From assembly GCF_039654945.1 (NCBI RefSeq), contig NW_027361982.1:6200001-6264000 (forward strand): a stretch of DNA of 64,000 bases, given 5' to 3'. Source of the DNA: Dendrobates tinctorius. Lineage: Eukaryota. Positions 12,001 through 23,146 of the stretch are shown here, piece after piece (position 1 is the stretch's first letter; each line of letters starts with the position of its first letter). The position numbers and the translations under genes are program-made. The notes below the pieces were generated by a model that made no database searches, was not told the DNA's origin, and saw only the letters and a list, made by a program, of their open reading frames with translations.

Positions 12001-13747
12001 TATACGAAAAACGGATGTCTAAACGGCATTTACACGTAGCTCTCCAAAATGTATGGTGACAAGTGACCAAGAAAAACTGATGAAATTAAAGGAGAAAATT
12101 AATGTGTATGCAATTACATTTTGCATACATATTAATTTACTTTTTCAGCTCAGACCCAGTTTCTCATTTAGTTCAGTGTGCATTCAGTGCATATAAGGAT
12201 GAGACCGCCCTCTTTTTCTGAGTTGGAAAATCCATCCTGTCTGGCCTATACTATTACTGGTGGTTCAGTCCCTCTGTCCTTGTTCACATTTACATCACTT
12301 GACAAGTGGAAAGGCTTTAAATACAAGAGTTAGGACTGCCCACAAGGGTTGCCGTGATGTGGCGGGATGGCTTGTACATTATTTTGATCAAAATTATGTT
12401 AACTAAATACTACCTTCATGCAATTTTTCAATTTATTTTTTTACTTTTTTATTTTAGGATATTTGTTTTATGTTTTGTTTTTTTCTTGATGAAACTAAAG
12501 GTGGTCACCAAACATTGGTGGGATTTAGATTACTTTTTTGTTTATTCACTTAGTAGATTTTTTTTATCAATTTACAAAATGCAAACACTTACGTGTTTGA
12601 AATATTCTTTAGGCCGGTTTCACACGTCAGTGTCTCCGGTACGTATAGTGACAGTTTTCTCACATACCGGAGACACTGACACACGTAGATCCATTCAAAT
12701 GAATGGGTCTATGCAGATGTCAGCGGGTTTTCACGGGCCGTGTGTCTGTGTGAAAAACACGGAGACATGTCCGTTTTAACATGGACACGGCCCGCAACAC
12801 GTGCACACGGAGAACTGTTCACACAGTCCTCCGTGCTCACGGACGGCCGCCGGGAAGAAGCGGCTACTGTAAGCGCTGCTCCCGGCGGCTGGTGCTGACT
12901 GCGGCTGTGATTCTGCTCTCCTACTCTGCCGGCAGGAGAGCAGAATGAATGAAAACCCGACGTGGGGTCCCCCTCATTTTCTTAACCAACCAGACAAAAC
13001 TTGCAGCTGGGGGCTGCGACCCTCAGCTATCAGCTTCAGCCAGCTTGGTTGTGAAGAATAGAGGGGTTCCCAAGCTGTTTTTTTAAATTATCTAAATAAA
13101 TAATTACAAAATTGGCGTGGGGTCCCCCCTATTTTTGACAACCAACCTGACTAAAGCCGACAGCTGAGGGCTGATATTCTCAGGCTGGTAAGGGGCCATT
13201 GATCTTGGCCACCCCAGCCTAAAAACAGCAGCCCCCAGCTGCCCAGAAAAGGCGCATCTATTAGGTGGCAAGTGAGGTAATAAGGGGTTAATGGCACCTT
13301 TCGATTATAAGGTGCCATTAAGCCCGGATTAGTAATGGAGAGGTGTCAATAAGACACTGATCCATTACTAATCCTACAGTAAAGGGTTAGGCCGGAGTCA
13401 CACTGGCGAGGAATACGGGCGAGTGAGAGGCGCTAAAAGCACGCATTAGACACGGACAAATGATTCTCTATGGGGTCACTCGCACCAGGCGTATATTTCT
13501 CATCCGTATCCTACGCTCCGTGCCAATCGCAGCATGCTGCGATTGTCAGCATACTACGCCCGTAGTACGCCAATGCAAGTCAATGGGTGCGCAAAAAATA
13601 CGGATTACACACGGAACACACGTGTGACCTGCGAGCAATACGCAGGTCTTTTGGCTGGTGACAGGAAATGGGCCAATCCATCATCAGGAAGCCTAGACAT
13701 GCAAATGAGCTCAAAAAGCACTCCAGACATCCAGGAAGTACGCCTCC

Positions 13748-15532
13748 ATGGAGTACAGCAGCAGCATGGCGTCCACATACATTAATGTTGAGATGCTAAT
13801 TGTGCTGGTGCAGGAGCGTCCCGAAATATGGGACCCACGCGATGCAAATTATGCTAACCGGACAAGAAAGGAGGCGTCATGGAGGCACATCTGTCGCCAG
13901 ATGTACCATGACTTTGGTGACAGACCACGTGATGAGCAGCATAAAATTCGTAAGTGCAACCATAAAAACATCATTAACCTTAGCGCGCGCAAAAAAATGC
14001 ATCTAGAATCAGCACCCCCCTTCCTGTGCATGTACTTTTATTAGCCTCATGAGGCCGTTACATTTGGATGTGACACGTGGCTTCACAAAGCCATAATTTG
14101 GGGTTAGGCCACAAGCTCCTCATCCTCCTAGCCAATAAAATTAGTTTAAGTGTAGCTAATGAGACCCTGTGTATCTGCCCAATTACATATGCCACCATGG
14201 GTAGAACGCACACCCCAGAACGCCCCATGCCTAGACTACTGTTAGAAAATGTGACCTCTCAAATATGTGATTTTGACAATATTTCCTGTCACATTGCAGT
14301 GGAAGATGTGATGAAACGCTGGCGAAGCATCCGGGACCAGTTCCGCCGGGAACGCCAGCAGCGGTCCAGGAGTGGGGATGCTGGATATGTCAAAAGAAAG
14401 TACATATACTATGACCGGCTGAACTTCCTCGCCCCAATTCTGGATCTGAGACCGTAAGTACATACCTCACACCACATTACACAAATACATTACACAAATA
14501 CTTTACAGGGACAAAAATATTGATGTATTTTTGCCTCTGTTCTATTTCATAACAGAACTCAATCCAACCTTACGGATCGAGGAACGGCCTCAGAGGCAGA
14601 GCCCATTATAGATCCTGTAGGGGATGAGGTGGCTGGCCCATCTTCTCCCCCTACAAGAAGGATGGCTGAAGATGAGGCATCACAAGACAACACAATGGCT
14701 GGCCTACACACAACACCACCAGGACGGTCTGCTGCTGCCACATCACCCATCCTGAAAGAGCCGGGCAACTTGAGCAGCAGCCCAACTGCCCAGATCAGGT
14801 CCTCCCCACAGGCTGCTCTAACATCACGGCGAACAAGAAGAAGGCGCCAGGTCACTATTCAAGAGAGCAGGACCAATGTGGACACAGGGGTGCTCAATTA
14901 TTTGTCTAGAGTAACTATAGATGATGGGGAGGAGGCCTATGCACGTAGCCTCACCCTTTATCTCCGTGCCCTTACCCGTGAGGTCCGGCTCCGTATTAGG
15001 GGATGTATTCAGATCCTGCTTGATGCAAGCACCCCCCCCCAATACCCCATATGAGGTTTTTGAATTTCTGGAGAGGTGGCAGCTCTCACCACGAAATTTA
15101 ATGCACATGAGACCATCCACACAGATGCTTGCTCAAGCAGGGTCCGAACAGCCCATAATACGTGGGTCAACACCTCAACCCCTTCCTCCCCCTACCCAAC
15201 CTTCTATTCCGCAGCCCCAAATGTCTTCCTCAAGCCAACCCCACCAATATGGCCACTTGTACCCACCCAGTGTTGGAGGCTGGTCCCAACCTGGTTGGGG
15301 ACGATCTGGCTATCTTGGTGGGTATGAGCCACGTGCCTACCAGAGCCAACAAGAAGCCCCTCACTATCATCATTACTCTGGCCAGTATCCCCAACAGTCC
15401 CAGGAGGCAGGACAATTCCAGCATCATTGGCAACAGTATGGCCCCACACAGGGCGATGTTGGCCACAATGTCCAGCAGCACCCACAGGCTGTTCTTCCAC
15501 GTTCCCCTTCCCCAACCTATGAGGATTTATGA
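13748..15532 (+). CDS. Harbinger Myb/SANT-like (MADF) DNA-binding protein, 3 exons, BESS-like segment, frameshift at a C-run (~15032-15040)
   Basis: Exons 13748-13949, 14300-14453 and 14556 onward, GT-AG, phases 1 and 2 compatible. Trp pattern LVQERPEIWD...KEASWRHI...VMKRWRSIRDQFRRE and KYIYYDRLNFL. The frame stops at 15054, but the alternative frame continues as a P/Q/G/Y-rich tail to 15532. Confidence 0.85.
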
Positions 15533-16452
15533 TTCTGATGGGTGGAGATGTCCAGTGAGTTTTATCTGGTGCTCCTAATAGAAAGGAAAAAACAGGTGTT
15601 CTCCTTCACCAACATTTAGAACATAATTTAACATTCACATTTTTAAACAATGTTTTCCAAACATTGGAAACAATCCATCATGACAGGCAACGCTACCTCA
15701 CGCCTTTCAGACAGATATTACATGTGTGTAGAAAAGAGAATCTTTAAATGCGCCATACTGTAAAATGAAAGGATGAAAATACACTACTCACTTGCTAACG
15801 CCTAGGAAAGGCGTGCTCGCCTTAGTGAAGTAGTCACCTTTTTTGTTAGCAATCTCTAGTAAAAAAAATTCAAGGCGACCAGCATTCAGAATATCACGCT
15901 ATCTCAATGTCTTAACAAGTGAGTTTTGTATTTTCATCCTTTCCAGTATAGCATGCTTAAATATTCTCTGTTATACAGACAGGTAATATCTGTGTGAAAG
16001 CTGTGAGGTAGCCTTGCCTGTCATGGTGGAATCTTTCTATGATTGGATAACATTATGAGGAAATGTGAGTGTTATCTTGTAGCCTTTATTTAGGTGATGG
16101 AGCTCACCTTTTGTTGGCAAATCTAGTTTAATCTAGTCATGCAGCAATGTTGTTTTTGCCTAATCTTTGTTGCTGTTTTGTTATGTAATGTTAATTTTAC
16201 AACAAGTTAAAGAAGGCACAAAAGGTCATTTTGCCCATGGCCAAATTTTTCTTATGGCAATATTCAGTTTGCCTTTAAGCAAAACAAAAAAAAAAAGACA
16301 AAACTAAAAATTTGTCTACTCTAGTTAACGTCTCTGTGTGATTTTTCACAATCCCTCACAACATACTAACAGACACAAACCAATGCAATGAAACACTCAT
16401 AGAATCAAAAGGGCTTGAGTAATATATATTTAGACACAATTAAAGAAACAAA

Positions 16453-17969
16453 TTATAACATAGACCCAGCATGCTCTTGCCAAGAAGTTGCCCCCTCAGG
16501 TGAGATAAAGTAATTAGTGAAAATATCACGCACTTTTAGGCCAGAGAGCGGTATACGTTGAGGGTTCATAGGTGGTCTCACCCTGCGCACATTGTCCGGC
16601 CTACGCACAACACCATCAGAGGAGGAACAATCATGGATCCTGGTGAAGTTATGCAGAACAACACAGGCTTTCACAAATTCATTCACATTTTGCTCACTCA
16701 ACTGAATGGCAGACTGGAGTACCCGCCATTTGGCACAAAGAATCCCAAAGGAACACTCCACCAGTCGCCTAGCACGTGATAGTCGCAAGTTAAAAATTCT
16801 GCGCCTGTGGTCAAGGTTGCGCCGGGGATATGGCCTCATGACATTGCGCGATAACTGAAAGGCCTCATCTGCCACAAGGACATAAGGGACTGATTGTTCG
16901 GGGGAGCCTGGTAGCTGGCGTGGTGGTGGTAGATCCAACTGGTTGGTGCGTAGCCGCCGAGCCATTATGGAAGTATTGAAGACTCTAGAGTCTCCCGTCC
17001 TTCCATAGGCCCCAATGTCAACAATTATAAACTTGTATTGAGGGTCTACCAGAGCCAACAATACAACAGAAAAGTATTGTTTATAATTGAAGAATTGGGA
17101 GCCTGAGTTCGGTGGCTTACGCACCCTGATATGTTTGCCATCCAGGGCCCCAATACAATTTGGAAACTGGCAGTCCTCCTCAAAGTCCCTTGATATCCTT
17201 AACCAGTCTTCCCTCCTGGGCTCGGGCATGACCACTTGATGGAGTCTTGTCCAGATTTCTGCACATGTAGACCTCACTATGCCTGAAATGGTTGACTTTC
17301 CAATGAGAAACTCATGGTGGAGGGCGGCATAAGACAGGCCAGTGGACAGGAAGCTGTAGAACAACAGAAATAGTAAAGTTTTGAATGGCTAAAGTAAAAA
17401 AAAATCAGTTACATGCCGACCAAACGTGGTAGGAAATGAGACAGAATAACACACACATATTTGGTGGCACAATGACTAAGTGATATGCAGGACATATTAG
17501 ATGTAACATTCTGGTGTGTCAGGTGAAACATATTTGGAGTAAGATGAGGGCATTAAACTTTGTCCAAGAAGGCCAAAAAACATAATTTAGCACACACATT
17601 ATGAACATAGAGAATGTGGTTGTGTAGTACATACCATATTGTGAGTAGAAGTCGCTCCTCTGCAGATATAGCTTTGCGCATCCTAGTGTCCTGAAAGGTT
17701 ATCCCAGGGCGCACTGTCTCCAAGAGTCGATCAAATGTGGAAATGCTCATGCGACAGTACTGGTAAAATTTCTCCGGATGCTCCCGCAGAGAAGAATAGA
17801 GGCGGTGAAAATGACCTCTTGTGAGTCGTTGCCTCAAAAGTGGATGGACCCACATGCGTCTCCTCCTCCGCGGATCCACTATCACAGGATATGGTTGCCC
17901 AAAGCGCTGTGACAAAAGCCAGGTAAAGAGAACCTGCTCAGTTGTATTGAATCTCAGACCCTCTGCCAT
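16453..17969 (-). CDS. Harbinger DDE transposase, 2 exons, ~411 aa, open
   Basis: Exon 1 is 17969-17635 (MAEGL...WVHP...YCRMS...EERLLLTI) and exon 2 is 17353-16453. Catalytic blocks GALDGKH, ADEAF and RRLVECSFG are intact. Confidence 0.9.
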
Positions 17970-19163
17970 GCTGCACAAAGAACACCAACACACCTCGTGA
18001 AAGCAAGGTGACAAATGTACAGAATGTAGGCAGCCACCTGTTTCTGACTGTCTAAATAGGGTGCAGGCTAATGATTTAAATTGTCTGCAGGCCTCAAAAC
18101 CGTTAAATGTCCATTTTGCAAGGCTGCGAGAAAATCTCGCCATACGGATTGCATACGGATCCCACACGGATTATATACGGATGCAGACATGCGCAACCTA
18201 CCTTGCTTACGGATGACCTACGGAGCACTATTTAGGGGTAATTCATCCGTATTACGCAAGTAAACTACGGACCGTATTTTGCGCAGGTTAGTGTGACTCC
18301 AGCCTTAAATAAGCACACTCACACAATAAGAATAAATTATTTTAATGAAAGAATACAACACACACATTTTTATAATCTTTATTACACTGGTAATTCCTTA
18401 GCGAAGCCCTCGTTCTTCTGAAAAAAAGTTGAAAATAATAAAACAAATCTATACCTGTCCGGCGCTCAGTCACGTCCCACGGCGTAAATCCATCTGGGGG
18501 GTTAATATATTTACAGTTCGAGTGCTGCTAATACAGCCGCTGCCGACTGTAAATGACTGGGGAATGAATGTGAATAGCCGGCGCATGCTCAGTAACTAGC
18601 GGTGACATCACCACTCATCACTGAGTCTGGCATCTGCACTCTCAGAATTGTCGTTTTTTTTCACTGCGAGTCTGCTCTCTTGGAGTGAGGTGAGGTCTGT
18701 GATCCTCTGTATAATTCCGGATGCCACACCGGCTGATTATAGTATGCGCAATAGCATTTAGTGTTTCCTATATCGGCACTCTCAGATATGGCGGAGTGGC
18801 TCATTGTGAGTCTGTGCCCTTGGAGAGAGATGAGGTCTGCGTTCCACAGCATTGTCCTGGATACATGTATCGGCTGACCAGAGCATGCGCAATAGATGGG
18901 CGCGAACCCAGTATCAAATCTACCCGGAAGCAGTAAGTGAATCTGTCACCTGATTGGTGACCGTATCGCTGCGTTCCACCATGTTAGCGGTGGATTGGAG
19001 AATCAATACATGCACTCTAGCGCAGACATGTGCACTTGGAATGAGGGGCGGTACCTTAATGACGTCCGTGGCTGGCAGGCGTTGTGGAGTGGTATGTTTA
19101 AATGGAGGTGTACGTATATCGATTGTGATCCAGCTATCAGGACACATGACATTTTGACATCAG

Positions 19164-19203
19164 GCCTCCAGATGAGCCTGAATGGGGCAAAACGCGTTGA
19201 GGC
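19164..19203 (+). ncRNA. Degenerate minimal type I hammerhead ribozyme
   Basis: gcctc-CAGATGA-gcctgaatggggc-AAAA-cgcgtt-gaggc: stems I and II pair and stem III is the palindrome ACGCGT, but two core positions are mutated. Confidence 0.5.
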
Positions 19204-20390
19204 GCAATAATTGCTTGGCAGACGGCGGGTGATATGATGAGTATTCATTTAACATGTATTTGATCATCTATGTGATATTCTATGTATCCATATAATTAGC
19301 CGACCCAGAGTGTGTTAATACATGAATATGCTCTGAGACTGTATTCATTGGCTACTGATTATTGTCTGGGTTAAAATGCATCAATTGTTGAGATTGACCC
19401 AATAGCTATTCCCCGATCTATTTGTCTCTAATGGGAATCCTGTGAAGTGGATTTATGAGCCTAATAACACTTTATGATGGTCAGAAAAAATCCAATCCAT
19501 AGCGGACTCGGTTTTTGATATGGTATTTGTCAACCATTAATATCTTTTTGGAGTCTTGAATGGAAATAGGATTTTTTATCCTGTATAATTTTCACCAATT
19601 ACACCAATATACTGCCTTTGTGTTCCTATACATGGTTTTATACGCTTGGGGTATAGGGACCTCTTTATCACAGGATTGCCTATGTATAGTGTTAGGGGTC
19701 CTTCTAGTTTTCGGGTAGAGGGTCTCCCTAGTGGCTGCAGGGTATATCAGGGTCCCTAGGGATAGCCATCGCTGAGCGGGGGCGCCACAACGTTCCCCCC
19801 CTAGGGTACCAACCTCCGCAGCTAGGAAGGCATGAGTGTCAGTTTACAACAGGGACTCATAGCATTATCCCCATTTTAACTGTTTTTTGGGCACTTTTGT
19901 TTGTTGTTTTGAGTTGTTCACTTTGTGGTGTGAACCTATTTTGGGTTCTTTTATTAATAAAGTATTTCGTTGTAGGGTATTTACATGATATTAGTTTGGG
20001 AATTATTAATGGTCACAAGATTGAAGCTATTACACAGATAAAACCCATACCGTGACACTTCAAAATGGGGCATAACTGTGATTACACCTTATCTCGGGTA
20101 TTAGGTATAGACAGAATTCTAAAGATATGAACTGGGATACAGACTGGTGCAGACAGCGTGTAAGCACACGTTCACACTAGCCACTAAACAGAAAAACAAA
20201 AAAACAAACAATTATTAAATATCCTGCAGTAAATAAACAGCAAATGTGCATGAAAATAACAGAGTACTTAGTTAACATGTTTTTTTGATAATAGAAAAAA
20301 AATGCAAAAGCCATCCCGCCTCTTCACGGTGACCCGAATTGGGACAGTCCTATCTCTAATATTAAAAACCTTACCATTTGTCAAGTGACA

Positions 20391-21127
20391 TGTGGATCAC
20401 CCCCAGGGCAGGTGCGGGGATCACTCGGTACAGGGCCGGTGTCTCAAGGGGATGTGTCACAGGGGTGGCGGCCACCCGGTCCGTGGCCCTGGGTATCCAT
20501 GTAAAATGGGTTGAATGAAGCTGAATAAAGTTTATAGGTAGATAATTCGTGACGCCACCTGTGGTATTCGGCAATGAAGATGTTAAGCTGATGCTGCAGT
20601 GCAGATCCTTTGGGACAGATGGTGTGGTGCAGCAAAGATGTAGTAGCTCTCCACAGGTAGGCCTTGGCGCATTAGAACTTAGGAAAGGACTCTGCACTAG
20701 GCCTAGTTCTCAGTCTCTCTCCTCCTTACGCTCCGTTCTTATCTATCTTCCTTCTGAACAACTAATCCTTCCTTCCTTCTCTTCCCTTGCCAGCATCTCC
20801 AGCTCACAGGGAGCTGCTGCAAACACGTCCTCTCTCCATCCCCTGCCGGGATTCTCCCTGAGGAGTTCCTCTCTCCACTCCCCCCTGGGGGAACTACTGA
20901 CTAACTTCCTGTCAGCTTTCACCTCTAGTGTAATCTAAGCTCCACCCAACACCCTTCATGAACCAAAGCAGCTGCCATAAAGAGTGCTCTGCTGTTCAAA
21001 GGTGTCTGTGCTGGATGTAGGTGCTAGAGTGTGGTCAGGAGTTACCATCTTACCTGGGGAATGGGATACTACACCTCAGGAGGAGGTGCAGTACCTCTGT
21101 GGTGACTGAACCCTCAAGGGTGCCACA
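20391..21127. mobile_element. Probable solo LTR
   Basis: TG...CA termini with short imperfect inverted ends (tgtggatcacccc ... agggtgccaca), a possible CATG duplication and no ORF. Confidence 0.35.
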
Positions 21128-21350
21128 CATGGAATGTGTATAAGGGCTGAGAAGGACTGGGCCCAGCTAGAGGACACCCAGCCATAGGAGACCACATCAA
21201 TACAATACCCAGCTCAAACAAAACAAAAGGCAGCCACACCTTTATATGCACATTGTTCTGTCCTAGTAGTAAATTTGCTGTCTAAAGTTTGGTCATTTTG
21301 TGCCTCACAGTTATTACAGGTATATTTTTTCTGTGTATATATTATACATA

Positions 21351-22571
21351 CACTCACTGGCCACTTTATTAGGTACACCTGTCCAACTGTGTGTTAAGAC
21401 TTAATTTCTAATCAGCCAATCACATGGCGGCAACTCAGTGCATTTAGGCATGTAGACATGGTCAAGACAATCTCCTGCAGTTCAAACCGAGCATCAGTAT
21501 GGGGAAGAAAGGTGATTTGAGTGCCTTTGAACGTGGCATGATTGTTGGTGCCAGAAGGGCTGGTCTGAGTATTTCAGAAACTGCTGATCTACTGGGATTT
21601 TCACGCACAACCATCTCTAGGGTTTACAGAGAATGGTCCGAAAAAGAAAAAAAATCCAGTGAGCGGCAGTTCTGTGGCCGGAAATGCCTTGTTGATGCCA
21701 GAGGTCAGAGGAGAATGGGCAGACTGGTTCGAGCTGATAGAAAGGCAACAGTGACTCAAATTGCCACCCGTTACAACCAAGGTAGGCAGAAGAGCATCTC
21801 TGAACGCACAGTGCGTCGAACTTTGAGGCAGATGGGCTACAGCAGCAGAAGACCACACTGGGTACCACTCCTCTCAGCTATGAACAGGAAACTGAGGCTA
21901 CAATTTGCACAAGCTCATCGAAATTGGACAGTAGAAGATTGGAAAAACGTTGCCTGGTCTGATGAGTCTCGATTTCTGCTGCGACATTCGGATGGTAGGG
22001 TCAGAATTTGGCGTAAACAACATGAAAGCATGGATCCATCCTGCCTTGTATCAACGGTTCAGGCTGGTGGTGGTGGTGTCATGGTGTGGGGAATTTTTTC
22101 TTGGCACTCTTTGGGCCCCTTGGTACCAATTGAGCATCGTTGCAACGCCACAGCCTACCTGAGTATTGTTGCTGACCATGTCCATCCCTTTATGACCACA
22201 ATGTACCCAACATCTGATGGCTACTTTCAGCAGGATAATGCGCCATGTCATAAAGCTCGAATCATCTCAGATTGGTTTCTTGAACATGACAATGAGTTCA
22301 CTGTACTCAAATGGCCTCCTCAGTCACCAGATCTCAATCCAATAGAGCATCTTTGGGATGTGGTGGAACGGGAGATTCGCATCAGGGATGTGCAGCCGAC
22401 AAATCTGCGCCAACTGTGTGATGCCATCATGTCAATATGGTCCAAAATCTCTGAGGAATGCTTCCAGCACCTTGTTGAATCTCTGCCACGAAGAATTGAG
22501 GCAGTTCTGAAGGCAAAAGGGGGTCCAACCCGTTACTAGCATGGTGTACCTAATAAAGTGGCCAGTGAGTG
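21351..22571 (+). mobile_element. Intact Tc1/mariner transposon, DD36E (Incomer-type)
   Basis: Perfect 29-bp TIRs cactcactggccactttattaggtacacc / ggtgtacctaataaagtggccagtgagtg, TA on both sides, 1221 bp long. Confidence 0.95.
21499..22539 (+). CDS. Tc1-like transposase, 346 aa, DD36E triad
   Basis: Uninterrupted ORF with an N-terminal paired-like HTH and [26 protein letters not shown]; I count 36 residues between the second D and the E. Confidence 0.95.
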   Translation: MGKKGDLSAFERGMIVGARRAGLSISETADLLGFSRTTISRVYREWSEKEKKSSERQFCGRKCLVDARGQRRMGRLVRADRKATVTQIATRYNQGRQKSISERTVRRTLRQMGYSSRRPHWVPLLSAMNRKLRLQFAQAHRNWTVEDWKNVAWSDESRFLLRHSDGRVRIWRKQHESMDPSCLVSTVQAGGGGVMVWGIFSWHSLGPLVPIEHRCNATAYLSIVADHVHPFMTTMYPTSDGYFQQDNAPCHKARIISDWFLEHDNEFTVLKWPPQSPDLNPIEHLWDVVEREIRIRDVQPTNLRQLCDAIMSIWSKISEECFQHLVESLPRRIEAVLKAKGGPTRY

Positions 22572-22577
22572 TATATC

Positions 22578-22985
22578 CACTGCTCAAAAAAACTAAAGGG
22601 ATCACTCAAATAACACATCCTAGATCTGAATTAATGAATGAAATATTCTCATCGAAAACTTTGTTCTGTACAAAGTTGAATGTGCTGACAACAAAATCAC
22701 ACAAAAATCATCCATGGAAATCAAATTTATTAACCAATGGAAGCCTGGATTTGGAGTAACACACAAAATTAAAATGGAATGTAATGTCCTTAAAACAAGT
22801 CAAAATGATGCTCAGCATTGTGTGTGGCCTCCATGTGCCTGTATGATCTCCCTACAACGCCTGGGCATGCTCCTGATGAGGCAGCGGATGTTCTCCTGAG
22901 GGATCTCCCAGACCTGGACTAAAGCATCCGCCAACTCCTGGACAGTCTGTGGTGCAACGTGACGGTGGATGGAGTGATAGAACCG
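22578..22985 (-). mobile_element. Tc1-family 3' fragment (same family as 41230-42285)
   Basis: TIR-like cactgctcaaaaaaactaaaggg; the minus strand encodes [16 protein letters not shown]...SMPRRCREIIQAHGGHT. Confidence 0.8.
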
Positions 22986-23105
22986 TTGGCACAACCCTAA
23001 AAAGTGGTGCACAAGTAGGATCCCACTCTGTGAACTTCAGCATATGAACTTAGCACACACAAGTGGATTCCAATGCAAAAAGGTGTATTTAATAAAGTAC
23101 AGTAT

Positions 23106-23146
23106 ATACATGAGACGTTTCGGTCAGTTTGACCTTCATCAATGTA
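23106..23146 (-). ncRNA. Penelope-associated minimal hammerhead ribozyme (slightly degenerate)
   Basis: The minus strand reads uaca-UUGAUGA-a-ggucaAACugacc-GAAA-cguc-uc-augua, with a perfect 5-bp stem II, at the 3' end of the same-strand Penelope. Confidence 0.6.

Larger units (their letters stand above)
13390..18304. mobile_element. Near-intact autonomous PIF/Harbinger DNA transposon (4.9 kb, two convergent genes)
   Basis: TIRs ggccggagtcacact / agtgtgactccagcc (1 mismatch), TTA target duplication (13387-13389 and 18305-18307), a Myb/MADF gene on plus and a DDE transposase on minus. Confidence 0.95.
12611..18650. mobile_element. Non-autonomous transposon remnant split by the Harbinger insertion
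   Basis: Starts tta|ggccggtttcacacg. The sequence reads through aaagggtta...aataagcacac once 13390-18304 is removed. The right boundary is uncertain. Confidence 0.5.

Noticed and set aside
16453-17969. Domesticated host gene HARBI1
   Set aside because: It is flanked by TIRs and a TTA duplication, paired with a Myb/MADF gene, and inserted in another repeat, so it is a transposon.
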